This document shows, one piece after another, positions 16,166 to 24,203 of a stretch of 37,042 nt of DNA. The notes under the pieces are model-generated. The model saw only the letters and a list, made by a program, of their open reading frames with translations. It was not told where the DNA came from and did no database searches. Made by a program: the position numbers and the translations under genes. Position 1 is the first letter of the stretch. Each line of letters starts with the position of its first letter. This DNA comes from a virus, in the IMG/VR virus record IMGVR_UViG_3300024272_002272; one strand, given 5' to 3'.

Positions 16166-16234
16166 TTTTATTTAATTTTATATATTAATATTATATCCAA
16201 AATAAAAATAAGTATACTTGTAAGTATTGGCAAT

Positions 16235-16259
16235 AAAAAAAGCTACTTATTCAGTAGCT
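16235..16259 (-). terminator. Rho-independent terminator of ORF 16247..16444
   Basis: Minus sense: AGCUACU-GAAUA-AGUAGCU followed by UUUUUUAUU. It isolates the CRISPR cassette from upstream transcription. Confidence 0.6.
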
Positions 16260-16444
16260 AATAATTCTCTAATAAATTCTATCTCTTTTATTATATTGTC
16301 CCTTTCGTGCCAAATCTTAAATTTATTTTTTTTCACATCATCCCAAATAAAGTCATGTTCTCTTGCCCATGCTTCAGCTTTATCAAGCCTATCTAATAGC
16401 TTTTGATATTCTAATAATAATTTATTTCTATCAACACTATCCAT
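16247..16444 (-). CDS. Hypothetical protein (65 aa)
   Basis: ORF whose ATG overlaps the stop of the upstream small ORF (ATGGATAG). Confidence 0.5.
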   Translation of the reverse strand: MDSVDRNKLLLEYQKLLDRLDKAEAWAREHDFIWDDVKKNKFKIWHERDNIIKEIEFIRELLATE

Positions 16445-16595
16445 TATTAACTCTCCTATACTTAACCTCCCTAGGTTTGCTTAAATATTTTTCAAGTTCT
16501 TCTTTAGTTAAAGTATAAGTTTTAAGCTCTCCCACAGTTTCATTTTTATAAGTATATTTTAATTCTATATCGTGTCCCCATTCTGACTGTACCAT
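16437..16595 (-). CDS. Hypothetical protein (52 aa)
   Basis: Hand translation: MVQSEWGHDIELKYTYKNETVGELKTYTLTKEELEKYLSKPREVKYRRVNNG*. AAGGGGGA RBS. Confidence 0.5.
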   Translation of the reverse strand: MVQSEWGHDIELKYTYKNETVGELKTYTLTKEELEKYLSKPREVKYRRVNNG

Positions 16596-16608
16596 TGGTT
16601 AATCCCCC

Positions 16609-18435
16609 TTAAATGTTCTCCCAACTATCTATATTTATCTGCTCTAAGTTTTGCATAAAATAATCAACTTCTAATTCTTCACCATTACCGTTTTTACAAT
16701 AGAATCTTCTTCTGTCTTTATCAAATAACAACTCTATGCCTATATTAACTCCCATATATCTATCTTTATTTATAGTTAATGTAGTATGTTTATCTGTTCC
16801 ATCTTCTTCATATACCCTTTGAACTATCATTACATAGTCAGCTAAGTTTGTTATATTAGCACTTCCTGATATATCTGATTTATCAAGTCCAATTTGACCA
16901 TTTTGTGCTTTTCTTGGATGTGCTACTAAGTGAACTATACAATTATATTTTTTAGCAAAACTTTTTAGTTTTTTAACTATTTCTGTTTGATTTCTTAACT
17001 CTTCTTTTTCATCATTTTCAGTAACCATTAAGTTATCTATGCAAAATACTTTTACACCGTATCTTTTGGCCATAATTTCCATTTTAGATATAATTGCATT
17101 TATACTATAATCTTCCTCTGTATATAAATAAAATTTATCTTCTAAAAAATCATCTATTCTACTAACTGCATTTGATGAAAGTTTTTTATATTTATATCCT
17201 TTTTTACTTGTAAATTCTAGCAAATCTTCTTTATTTGCAAGTGTATCTAATAGCCACCCTTTAGCATTACTTTCTGTAAGTTCTCCACTAAATAAAAACA
17301 CTTTATATCCTTGCCTTATGCTTTCACCTATGAAAAATTGATTTAGAATAGTTGATTTTCCTTCACCAGTTCGCCCAGTAATTACATTTAAGCTTCCCAA
17401 AGGTAAACCAATCATTCTATCATCTATTTTACTTATTCCTAATTGAACTGTTTCGGCTTCATATATATTAAAAGTTGATATTTGCTTTGTACTTTTAACC
17501 CCATCAACTAAAGGTGTTGAAGCTTTTTCAAGTTGTTTTAATACTGCTAGCTTACCATACTTAAATAATAATTCATTTATATCGTTGCATATATCAGAAT
17601 AAACTACTTTTACAACCTTATTAGGTAACCTATTAAATACTTCTTTTACTCCTTCTTTTCCTGCTTCGTCATTATCGTACCAAAGAATAACTTCCTCAAA
17701 TTGTTCTAACCAAGTCCAGTTGGTAGTTATCCATTCAGTAGACTTACAACCAGTAGGAACTGATACCGAATTTTTATATCCAGCTTCTATTAATGAAAGT
17801 GCATCAAATTCACCCTCGCATATTACAAGTGGCTTAGTTATATCAGCTTTATCCATAAGGTATAAAGTATTTATGTTTGTTTCAGATTCAAACCACATTT
17901 TTAATTCTTTTTTGTCTTTATTTATTTTCCTAGCAGGTCTATATTTATTTGTTATATGTTCTCCTAGCTCATTTTTATAAACAAATACTATATTGCCTTT
18001 ATTATCTTCTTTTACATCTGCATATTTTAAGGTGCTTTCAGTTATACATCTTTTATTTATATAATTAATAGTTTTAGATATATCATTTTTGTAAATTGTA
18101 GGGGCTTTTATAGGCTTTCTTTCTGTTTTAATGATTAATTTATCAGTTGATATATTAAAATCCGTTACAATTGATTTTATAGCTTCTATATATGACTTGT
18201 TATAGTATTCTTTATAGTGGTCTATTATGTTATAAGTTGCCCCACAACTAAAACATCTAAAAGTTTTTCCTTTCATATCAAAACTCATTGATGGAACTTT
18301 TTCACTATGTTTAAAACATAAACATTTATTGTTTTTATCTAATTTTAAGCACAAATCAGAAGTTATTTTATTTTTGACTTCTTCTGCTCTTATTTGAATC
18401 TGAATATCTTCCCTAATCTTTTTTATATCAATCAT
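16609..18435 (-). CDS. Bifunctional primase-helicase (zinc-finger primase, Toprim and a DnaB/RecA-type helicase)
   Basis: CHC2-like zinc finger (CLCFKH...CFSCG), Toprim motifs (VICEGEFDALSL, WYDNDEAGKEG), and Walker A GRTGEGKST. Confidence 0.85.
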   Translation of the reverse strand: MIDIKKIREDIQIQIRAEEVKNKITSDLCLKLDKNNKCLCFKHSEKVPSMSFDMKGKTFRCFSCGATYNIIDHYKEYYNKSYIEAIKSIVTDFNISTDKLIIKTERKPIKAPTIYKNDISKTINYINKRCITESTLKYADVKEDNKGNIVFVYKNELGEHITNKYRPARKINKDKKELKMWFESETNINTLYLMDKADITKPLVICEGEFDALSLIEAGYKNSVSVPTGCKSTEWITTNWTWLEQFEEVILWYDNDEAGKEGVKEVFNRLPNKVVKVVYSDICNDINELLFKYGKLAVLKQLEKASTPLVDGVKSTKQISTFNIYEAETVQLGISKIDDRMIGLPLGSLNVITGRTGEGKSTILNQFFIGESIRQGYKVFLFSGELTESNAKGWLLDTLANKEDLLEFTSKKGYKYKKLSSNAVSRIDDFLEDKFYLYTEEDYSINAIISKMEIMAKRYGVKVFCIDNLMVTENDEKEELRNQTEIVKKLKSFAKKYNCIVHLVAHPRKAQNGQIGLDKSDISGSANITNLADYVMIVQRVYEEDGTDKHTTLTINKDRYMGVNIGIELLFDKDRRRFYCKNGNGEELEVDYFMQNLEQINIDSWENI

Positions 18436-19157
18436 AACATTTCAACCTTTCTTGTATATTTGCCCCCATTATTGCATATATTAGGATTAACTAAATTATT
18501 ATTTTGAGTACCTGCTCCAACAGGTGCTTTTTTATTTGCTTCATTTAAATAATTTTCAAATTTTCCACCAAACAAAGTTGCTGGTCTTAAATACTTTTCA
18601 AAATCTGTTCCTAACCATTCTTTGCTTTTGTTATCTATAACTTTTTTAAAGTCATCTACTGTAAACCCTTCTTTTACTCTAGCATTTATTAAACTTTGAG
18701 TATTTTTAGTATTTATCCTGTAACTTGTATTGGCTTTTATGTTTAAATAATCAATAACAACACTATATATATTATTATTTTTATCTTTATTCTTTGATAG
18801 TGTTGCCCCATTGTTGCCCTTTTGTTGCCCCTTAGTATCGTCAACTTGTTGCAATTCCTCGTTTTTATTTGCCCCATTGTTGCCGAATAGCTGCCCTTTA
18901 ATTGTTATCTCTAAAGTGCTTTCTTTGCCTTTGCAACCAGCTTTTACAGGTTTAATATATCCCTCTTTTTCAAATTTCTTTAATATATTTCTAACTTTCT
19001 TAGTAGTAAGATTTAATCTTTCATCAGAATTTACAACTAATTGATTAACTGTATATCCTGCTATATTTGTGTCATAATTACAATGTTTATTTAATTGTTT
19101 CCAAACGTCATATTCTTCAAGTGTAAATGACTGCAATGTTATAAAATATTGCTCCAT
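18432..19157 (-). CDS. Replication initiator / replisome organizer (Phg_2220_C-like C-terminal domain)
   Basis: The C-terminus ...YLNIKANTSYRINTKNTQSLINARVKEGFTVDDFKKVIDNKSKEWLGTDFEKYLRPATLFGGKFENYLNE matches the conserved phage C-terminus / DnaD-like pattern. The gene contains iterons. Confidence 0.7.
   Translation of the reverse strand: MEQYFITLQSFTLEEYDVWKQLNKHCNYDTNIAGYTVNQLVVNSDERLNLTTKKVRNILKKFEKEGYIKPVKAGCKGKESTLEITIKGQLFGNNGANKNEELQQVDDTKGQQKGNNGATLSKNKDKNNNIYSVVIDYLNIKANTSYRINTKNTQSLINARVKEGFTVDDFKKVIDNKSKEWLGTDFEKYLRPATLFGGKFENYLNEANKKAPVGAGTQNNNLVNPNICNNGGKYTRKVEML
18787..18897. repeat. Phased iteron array inside the initiator gene (candidate phage origin)
   Basis: TTGCCC(C/T)-type motifs start at 18803, 18814, 18825, 18869, 18880 and 18891, all congruent modulo 11. 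They have the same 3 + gap + 3 layout as 5716-5821. Confidence 0.75.
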
Positions 19158-19171
19158 GTTATTCCCCCCAG

Positions 19172-19351
19172 TTAGCTTAATAAATCGTCATAAGTTACTT
19201 CAAATAATTCTTTTATAAGTTTTACTTCATCTATTGTAAATTTACTTTTCCCAAGTTCTTTATCAGAATAAGTATTTTGTTTTATACCTAGTAATTCAGC
19301 TATTTCCCTTTGAGTATACCCCTTAATAGTCCTATACTCTTTAATTTTCAT
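19172..19351 (-). CDS. XRE-family HTH transcriptional regulator (59 aa)
   Basis: MKIKEYRTIKGYTQREIAELLGIKQNTYSDKELGK is an HTH_3 pattern. The ATG at 19351 has a GGTGGTG RBS. Confidence 0.7.
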   Translation of the reverse strand: MKIKEYRTIKGYTQREIAELLGIKQNTYSDKELGKSKFTIDEVKLIKELFEVTYDDLLS

Positions 19352-19443
19352 TTCTTCACCACCTAACACTTTGTTATGTTTTTATCACTTTAATATATTA
19401 TATCGAATTAACCGATAAATATTGCAAAGTTTCGTTAGACAAA

Positions 19444-19470
19444 TAAAATAAAAAAGCTACTAAAGTAGCT
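19444..19470 (-). terminator. Terminator hairpin after the ERCC4 nuclease gene
   Basis: AGCUAC-UUUA-GUAGCU flanked by A and U runs. The minus sense is followed by UUUUUUAUUUUAUUU. Confidence 0.5.
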
Positions 19471-19471
19471 T

Positions 19472-20080
19472 TTATTCGACACCTTTCAAATATTCTCTCG
19501 CGTGAACATATAAAAGATCATGGATTATTCTAGCAGAATCCTTCTTATTGCAGTACCAAACATTAATATCATATCTATTACACAAGCTTAAAAACATCAT
19601 CATAAAGCTTTTAGGATTTATTTTTGAAGCTTTATCATATCTAAAATGTTTACTACTTAATATCTTACTTATAACATCTTCAGTTTCAATTAATAAATGT
19701 ATCTTAATACCTTTTTCTTTTGCTTTTAAAAACTCTCTCTCTATTCTTGTAAGCCCGTTTTCATCTTTACTTTTAGAATCATAAAAATTTGATGCTAACT
19801 CATTTAGATCAGCTTTTCTTTCAATAACTATCTTATCTTGAAAATTAATAACTTCTCCACTTGGTAACTGTACCGCTATAGTATAATCTCCAACTTTTAG
19901 TCCTTTTTCTTGGATGTAATATTGTACTGGGTCTGAATAAGTTGATTTTTTCCCCCTATACATATCATGGTGGCTAGGTTTATTTTCAAACCCTTCATCA
20001 AATTTATTTAGTATGTGATTTTGTATCTTTTTTTCTCTTGTATCTATAATTATTTTGTATTTGCATTTCTTTATATCCAT
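19472..20080 (-). CDS. ERCC4-domain (XPF/Mus81/Hef-like) nuclease
   Basis: Motifs IIIDTREKK, LKVGDYTI and IVIERKADLNELASN (the ERK...DL..S signature). Confidence 0.65.
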   Translation of the reverse strand: MDIKKCKYKIIIDTREKKIQNHILNKFDEGFENKPSHHDMYRGKKSTYSDPVQYYIQEKGLKVGDYTIAVQLPSGEVINFQDKIVIERKADLNELASNFYDSKSKDENGLTRIEREFLKAKEKGIKIHLLIETEDVISKILSSKHFRYDKASKINPKSFMMMFLSLCNRYDINVWYCNKKDSARIIHDLLYVHAREYLKGVE

Positions 20081-20113
20081 AATTCTCCCCCATATATAAA
20101 AATAAGGGCTACA

Positions 20114-20740
20114 TTAAGCCCCTATGTTATTTTTTAATCCTTCTATTTCATCACATATAAGATTATATTTATTCATAGTTATTTCTTTGCTACTTTCAAA
20201 TCCATATCCTGCTATAATGTCTTTTAATACATTAACGTCTATTCCTTTTGATATTATTTTTAATCTGTTTATTTGAGCTTCTGTTATTAATCTTTCTTCT
20301 GAATAGCTTTTTTTATTTAATTTTGCTTTTTTATCTTCTTCACTTGTAGACTTATTTGCGTCATCATCTTCCCCAGTATTCAAATTAAGTATAGCTTGAT
20401 AACTATATCTTCTCATATAGCTTATTATACTTCCAGCCTGTTGAGGATCATTAGCCTTTGCAGGTTTCATAAATATTGGCTCACTTTCTATAAATTCCCC
20501 ACTTTCATGGATTAATAAAGTCTGTATTCCAACACTTCCATCCTCTTTTGATAATGGGCTTTGCATTACTACTAAACCATTTTCTTGTAATATTGGTCTT
20601 GTGGCTTCTATAAGCTTATCAAGCGTTACATAGTTGCTTTTAAAAAATGGATTTTTAGCATCCTTTGCTATCTTTGAAACTTCACTATTAAATTTTACTA
20701 ATGATACTGCTAATTTACTTATACTTTCACTTCTATTCAT
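20114..20740 (-). CDS. erf: ERF-family single-strand annealing recombinase
   Basis: N-terminal pattern ISKLAVSLVKFNSEVSKIAKDAKNPFFKSNYVTLDKLIEATRPIL...RRYSYQAILNL. Confidence 0.7.
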   Translation of the reverse strand: MNRSESISKLAVSLVKFNSEVSKIAKDAKNPFFKSNYVTLDKLIEATRPILQENGLVVMQSPLSKEDGSVGIQTLLIHESGEFIESEPIFMKPAKANDPQQAGSIISYMRRYSYQAILNLNTGEDDDANKSTSEEDKKAKLNKKSYSEERLITEAQINRLKIISKGIDVNVLKDIIAGYGFESSKEITMNKYNLICDEIEGLKNNIGA

Positions 20741-20761
20741 TTCTCCAATACCTCCATATAT

Positions 20762-20980
20762 TTATTTTGACTTATAATACTCTATATCCTTTAAAATATC
20801 CTCTAGTTTAGCTTGTAAGCCTTCAAGAAAGTAATCTTTATTCCTATACTCATTATAAACTTTTTTATACTTCTTATCTGCTTCTATTCCTTCAAATTCA
20901 ATCCATATATTTTTACTAGATTTAAAATATTCTTCTTGAAGCTTTAGCCTCTCTTTTTTTATATACTCTAATTCCTCCAT
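20762..20980 (-). CDS. Hypothetical coiled-coil protein (72 aa)
   Basis: ORF in an operon context. Confidence 0.45.
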   Translation of the reverse strand: MEELEYIKKERLKLQEEYFKSSKNIWIEFEGIEADKKYKKVYNEYRNKDYFLEGLQAKLEDILKDIEYYKSK

Positions 20981-21008
20981 AACATCCTCCTTTTAAGTTA
21001 AGTATGGG

Positions 21009-21155
21009 CTAATATGAATAACCCATACCTTCTAATTCTTTTATTGCTTCTTCTTGTGCTTCCTTGTTATCCCAATAATATTCTATATCATCATATAATA
21101 CTTTTGCTCTATTACAATCTTCACAATTACAAGTTTCCCAATACCCACTACACAT
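21009..21155 (-). CDS. Hypothetical Cys-rich 48-aa protein
   Basis: Hand translation: MCSGYWETCNCEDCNRAKVLYDDIEYYWDNKEAQEEAIKELEGMGYSY*. GAGGAG RBS. Confidence 0.45.
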   Translation of the reverse strand: MCSGYWETCNCEDCNRAKVLYDDIEYYWDNKEAQEEAIKELEGMGYSY

Positions 21156-21156
21156 A

Positions 21157-21303
21157 TTACATATCTCCTCTTAAATCTCTTTCATTCATTTGCTCATATT
21201 CTTCCATAAACTCCTCAAATTCTTCATAGCTTAATGGAGTTTCATCTACTCCATATATTTCCTCTAGTTCCTTTATCATAGCTTCACTATCAAATTTATA
21301 CAT
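21157..21303 (-). CDS. Hypothetical acidic 48-aa protein
   Basis: Hand translation: MYKFDSEAMIKELEEIYGVDETPLSYEEFEEFMEEYEQMNERDLRGDM*. GGGGTG RBS. Confidence 0.45.
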   Translation of the reverse strand: MYKFDSEAMIKELEEIYGVDETPLSYEEFEEFMEEYEQMNERDLRGDM

Positions 21304-21306
21304 TTA

Positions 21307-21453
21307 CTAGCACCCCATTTCATTTAGTAATTGTTTTAATTCTTCTGCTTTAGCTTCATATTCTGTTTTAAATTTATTATCTTCTTCTAATCCATTTATT
21401 AAACTTTCGTAAACCTCTAATTTAGCTTCCATTTTTAATTTCAACTCTTCCAT
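21307..21453 (-). CDS. Hypothetical coiled-coil 48-aa protein
   Basis: Hand translation: MEELKLKMEAKLEVYESLINGLEEDNKFKTEYEAKAEELKQLLNEMGC*. AGGAGG RBS. Confidence 0.45.
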   Translation of the reverse strand: MEELKLKMEAKLEVYESLINGLEEDNKFKTEYEAKAEELKQLLNEMGC

Positions 21454-21557
21454 TTCCAATACCTCCTAAATTTTATTTTTTTATTTCCCTTTTCTTAATA
21501 TTATTATATGCGTTTTCGTTGCATTTATGCAACTAATTTAATAAAAAAATAAAAATT

Positions 21558-21746
21558 TTATAATATTTCTTTTATGTCTATTTCTAGTGCATCACATATC
21601 TTAATTAAGTTATTTATATTTATTTTCTTTATAGATCCTTCCTCATACCTTTTTATAGTGCTTCTATTTATTCCTGTAAGTTGTTCTAATCTGTATTGAC
21701 TTATTCCTTTATTTTCTCTAATTTCTTTTATTTTGTTCCCTATCAT
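21558..21746 (-). CDS. XRE-family HTH regulator (62 aa; Cro-like)
   Basis: MIGNKIKEIRENKGISQYRLEQLTGINRSTIKRYEEG. The internal ATG at 21746 is preferred over the ORF-track start. Confidence 0.65.
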   Translation of the reverse strand: MIGNKIKEIRENKGISQYRLEQLTGINRSTIKRYEEGSIKKININNLIKICDALEIDIKEIL

Positions 21747-21987
21747 ATTAAATCTAATCTCCTTAATAAATATATAATTATAATATACATACAACGTTGT
21801 TTTTATGCAACTAAAATAATAAAAAATATACTCCCAATTAATAGGAGTATATTCTTTACTTGAAAAAACATAAAATATAAGGTTTAAAAGTCAAATTTTT
21901 ATTTATAAAAGGAGTTTATTTCACCTACCTTTTTAAAATATTTTTATAAAAATAACACAACATAATGTAATATAATTATACCATATT

Positions 21988-22158
21988 TTATAAATATTTT
22001 TCTAATATATTGTAAATTTTTTCTAGTTCCAATTTACTAAAAGGTATTTCTCCTTTTAGCTTCCTTCTCAATGAATTATATGTTATATCAAGTTGATCTG
22101 CTATCCATTTCTTTTTTAATCCACTTTCTTTTATAGCTTCATCTATTTTATTATTCAT
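21988..22158 (-). CDS. Small HTH DNA-binding protein (56 aa)
   Basis: Hand translation: MNNKIDEAIKESGLKKKWIADQLDITYNSLRRKLKGEIPFSKLELEKIYNILEKYL*. AAGGTGA RBS. Confidence 0.5.
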   Translation of the reverse strand: MNNKIDEAIKESGLKKKWIADQLDITYNSLRRKLKGEIPFSKLELEKIYNILEKYL

Positions 22159-22162
22159 ATTA

Positions 22163-22558
22163 TCACCTTAATAAAAATTGTATAATAGCACCTACTAATG
22201 CAGTTAACATTATCCAAGTTAATATACCACCTTCGGCATCATATCTTTCAACCTGTCTTTTTAAAACTTCATATGTTTTCCATTCTTTTTCTTCCAATAC
22301 CAAAGTTAACTGATCTAATCTTTTATCTTGTTTATTATACTTTGGTTTATACTTATTAATATAATAAACTTCCATTATCTGTGCATCTGATTTAGTTGCC
22401 CATTTAATACATTCTATCTTTGCCACTTCTCGATAACATTCTTTGGGTAAATGTCCTTTGTTAAAATGTTGATTCATTCTTTGAGCCATTGTTTGCCCTG
22501 TATAACCAACATAAATCGTATTATCATATTTATCTTTAAATCTATAGGTATAAGCCAT
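22163..22558 (-). CDS. GIY-YIG nuclease-domain protein with a C-terminal transmembrane helix
   Basis: IYVGYTGQ...R...H......EVYYINKYKPKYN. The tail ILTWIMLTALVGAIIQFLL is hydrophobic. The gene ends with a TGA stop. Confidence 0.6.
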   Translation of the reverse strand: MAYTYRFKDKYDNTIYVGYTGQTMAQRMNQHFNKGHLPKECYREVAKIECIKWATKSDAQIMEVYYINKYKPKYNKQDKRLDQLTLVLEEKEWKTYEVLKRQVERYDAEGGILTWIMLTALVGAIIQFLLR

Positions 22559-22570
22559 TTAAACCACCTT

Positions 22571-23506
22571 CTATTGTTTTATATTATTCTTTAAAAGCTT
22601 ATCTATTTCATCTTCCTCTAAATACATTATTTGAGTTTCAATAATTCCGTTCTTATTTTTAACTTTACATCTACCATCTATTTTTATATCTTGTAAGTTT
22701 TGATTTTTGCCTATCAAGGTATTACTATCAGTTTCATCAAATGTTTTTAATCCTATAACTTGAGGGCAATTCATTTTACATTTACCAATTGTTTCTTTTG
22801 TTGCATCTTGCCCACCTAATATAAAATAAATGCCATATTTCCTGCATTTGCCCATTATTCTATGAAGTTCGCTTTTGCATATGCTATCAGTTGCAAACTG
22901 AACTAATTCATCAACTATAACAACTATATAACTCATTTTTTTATCATGCTTTTTATTATAATTTATTGCATTTCTACAATTAGTTTCATCAAATATTTCT
23001 GCTCTTTCTTTCATCTTATCTTCTAGTATTCTCACTATGTCTAAAAAGCCTTCTTTGTCTGTTGCCATTCTTTTAAAATGCTTATATCTTCTAAAATAAT
23101 ATATATCACTTTCAGTATAATCACACCCAAGCATAAAAACTTCATTCTCTGTATAGGTAAGCATTATATTAGTTATAATTACGTTTAATAAATTAGACTT
23201 TCCTGCTCCTGTCATTCCTCCGATTAATATATGCCCATCTAAAATATTTAAAACAACTTCATTGCCTTCTAAATCATATCCTATACATACTTTAATTCCT
23301 TCTTTTTCACCTTCTACAAAGCTATATTTTATAAAATCTTCATTGCTTTCTTTTTCATTTAATTCGGTTGGTATATATTCATATTTAATTATATTGTCTA
23401 CATCAATTTCTTTTTCTTTGTCTTTTGCAGATGAAATAATATTTAAACTGTAACCTATTGCCCCACTCATAACTCCAATTAAAAAGCTCTCTAAAAGCAT
23501 TGGCAC
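22571..23506 (-). CDS. FtsK/SpoIIIE-family ATPase with an N-terminal transmembrane segment
   Basis: Walker A ILIGGMTGAGKSN, Walker B YIVVIVDEL, and YGIYFILGGQ. The N-terminus LLESFLIGVMSGAIGYSL is hydrophobic. Confidence 0.7.
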   Translation of the reverse strand: MPMLLESFLIGVMSGAIGYSLNIISSAKDKEKEIDVDNIIKYEYIPTELNEKESNEDFIKYSFVEGEKEGIKVCIGYDLEGNEVVLNILDGHILIGGMTGAGKSNLLNVIITNIMLTYTENEVFMLGCDYTESDIYYFRRYKHFKRMATDKEGFLDIVRILEDKMKERAEIFDETNCRNAINYNKKHDKKMSYIVVIVDELVQFATDSICKSELHRIMGKCRKYGIYFILGGQDATKETIGKCKMNCPQVIGLKTFDETDSNTLIGKNQNLQDIKIDGRCKVKNKNGIIETQIMYLEEDEIDKLLKNNIKQ

Positions 23507-23622
23507 TCTCTCCCATAATCTGCTAAAATATAATTAAAATATATTATAAAAATACTTATATAAAAAAATAACAAATATTAGTAGTAATAATAGTAGGTGG
23601 AGCTTGTGCCCCACCATATTTT

Positions 23623-23745
23623 TTATCTATCTTTCCATTCACACCCACATTCCCTACAAAACCATTTATTTTTAAAGTAACAAAAGCTAATATTTTGGCT
23701 CATGCACTTAATACACTTCTCAGTAAATCCCAATAAATTAATCAT
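23623..23745 (-). CDS. Small zinc-ribbon protein (40 aa)
   Basis: Hand translation: MINLLGFTEKCIKCMSQNISFCYFKNKWFCRECGCEWKDR*. Strong AGGAGG RBS. Confidence 0.5.
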   Translation of the reverse strand: MINLLGFTEKCIKCMSQNISFCYFKNKWFCRECGCEWKDR

Positions 23746-23816
23746 GTCATCCTCCTACATCATATAAATTAAAACTGATACATACCAAGCACAAGTAATT
23801 ATTGCAGCAGTCATAT

Positions 23817-24038
23817 TTATATACTTCCTTTTTTCTTGTTCACTTCAAAGCTTCCACAGGCTTCTACAAGCTTAAACTGGTAGTCATTGATTAATATGTC
23901 CTTTAATGTGTAAAAGTCATTTTCTGCTTCTTCATTAACCTCTGAACATATTCTTTTAAACTCTCTATAACTCATATTATCTTGATGCGTTAATATAGCT
24001 AAAATCTCATTTTTATTTTCTAAAGTATATATTTTCAT
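23817..24038 (-). CDS. Hypothetical protein (73 aa)
   Basis: ORF in an operon context. Confidence 0.45.
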   Translation of the reverse strand: MKIYTLENKNEILAILTHQDNMSYREFKRICSEVNEEAENDFYTLKDILINDYQFKLVEACGSFEVNKKKGSI

Positions 24039-24120
24039 ATTTATATCCCCCTTTAATCTTTTAATAACTTTTTGTTACTTTATTATATGCTTGTGTTATA
24101 TTTTTGATACATTTTTAAAT

Positions 24121-24147
24121 AAAAAAACTAGAGAAATTATTCCCTAG
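24121..24147 (-). terminator. Rho-independent terminator after ORF 24204..24395
   Basis: Minus sense: CUAGGGAA-UAAU-UUCUCUAG followed by U7. Confidence 0.65.
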
Positions 24148-24203
24148 TTTCATTAAAAGTTTTATTTTTTACTTGTATAACATATTTTATTAAAAGTTTT
24201 ATT

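Noticed and set aside
20590-20615. Spacer 1 resemblance to the ERF gene (ATAGAAGC ... ATATTA; LIEA motif)
   Set aside because: There are only 8-nt and 6-nt exact blocks, and a 3-nt gap is required. This is within chance expectation for this composition.
23596-23628. GC-rich hairpin GGTGGAGC-TTGT-GCCCCACC as a terminator
   Set aside because: On the minus (coding) strand it is not followed by a U-tract. On the plus strand a U-tract follows, but the stem has an A-C mismatch and there is no upstream plus-strand gene. Its function is unclear.
23758-23814. 19-codon hydrophobic mini-ORF (MTAAIITCAWYVSVLIYMM)
   Set aside because: It is too short and its RBS is weak. The next ORF's RBS is embedded in it, so there is no support beyond an open frame.
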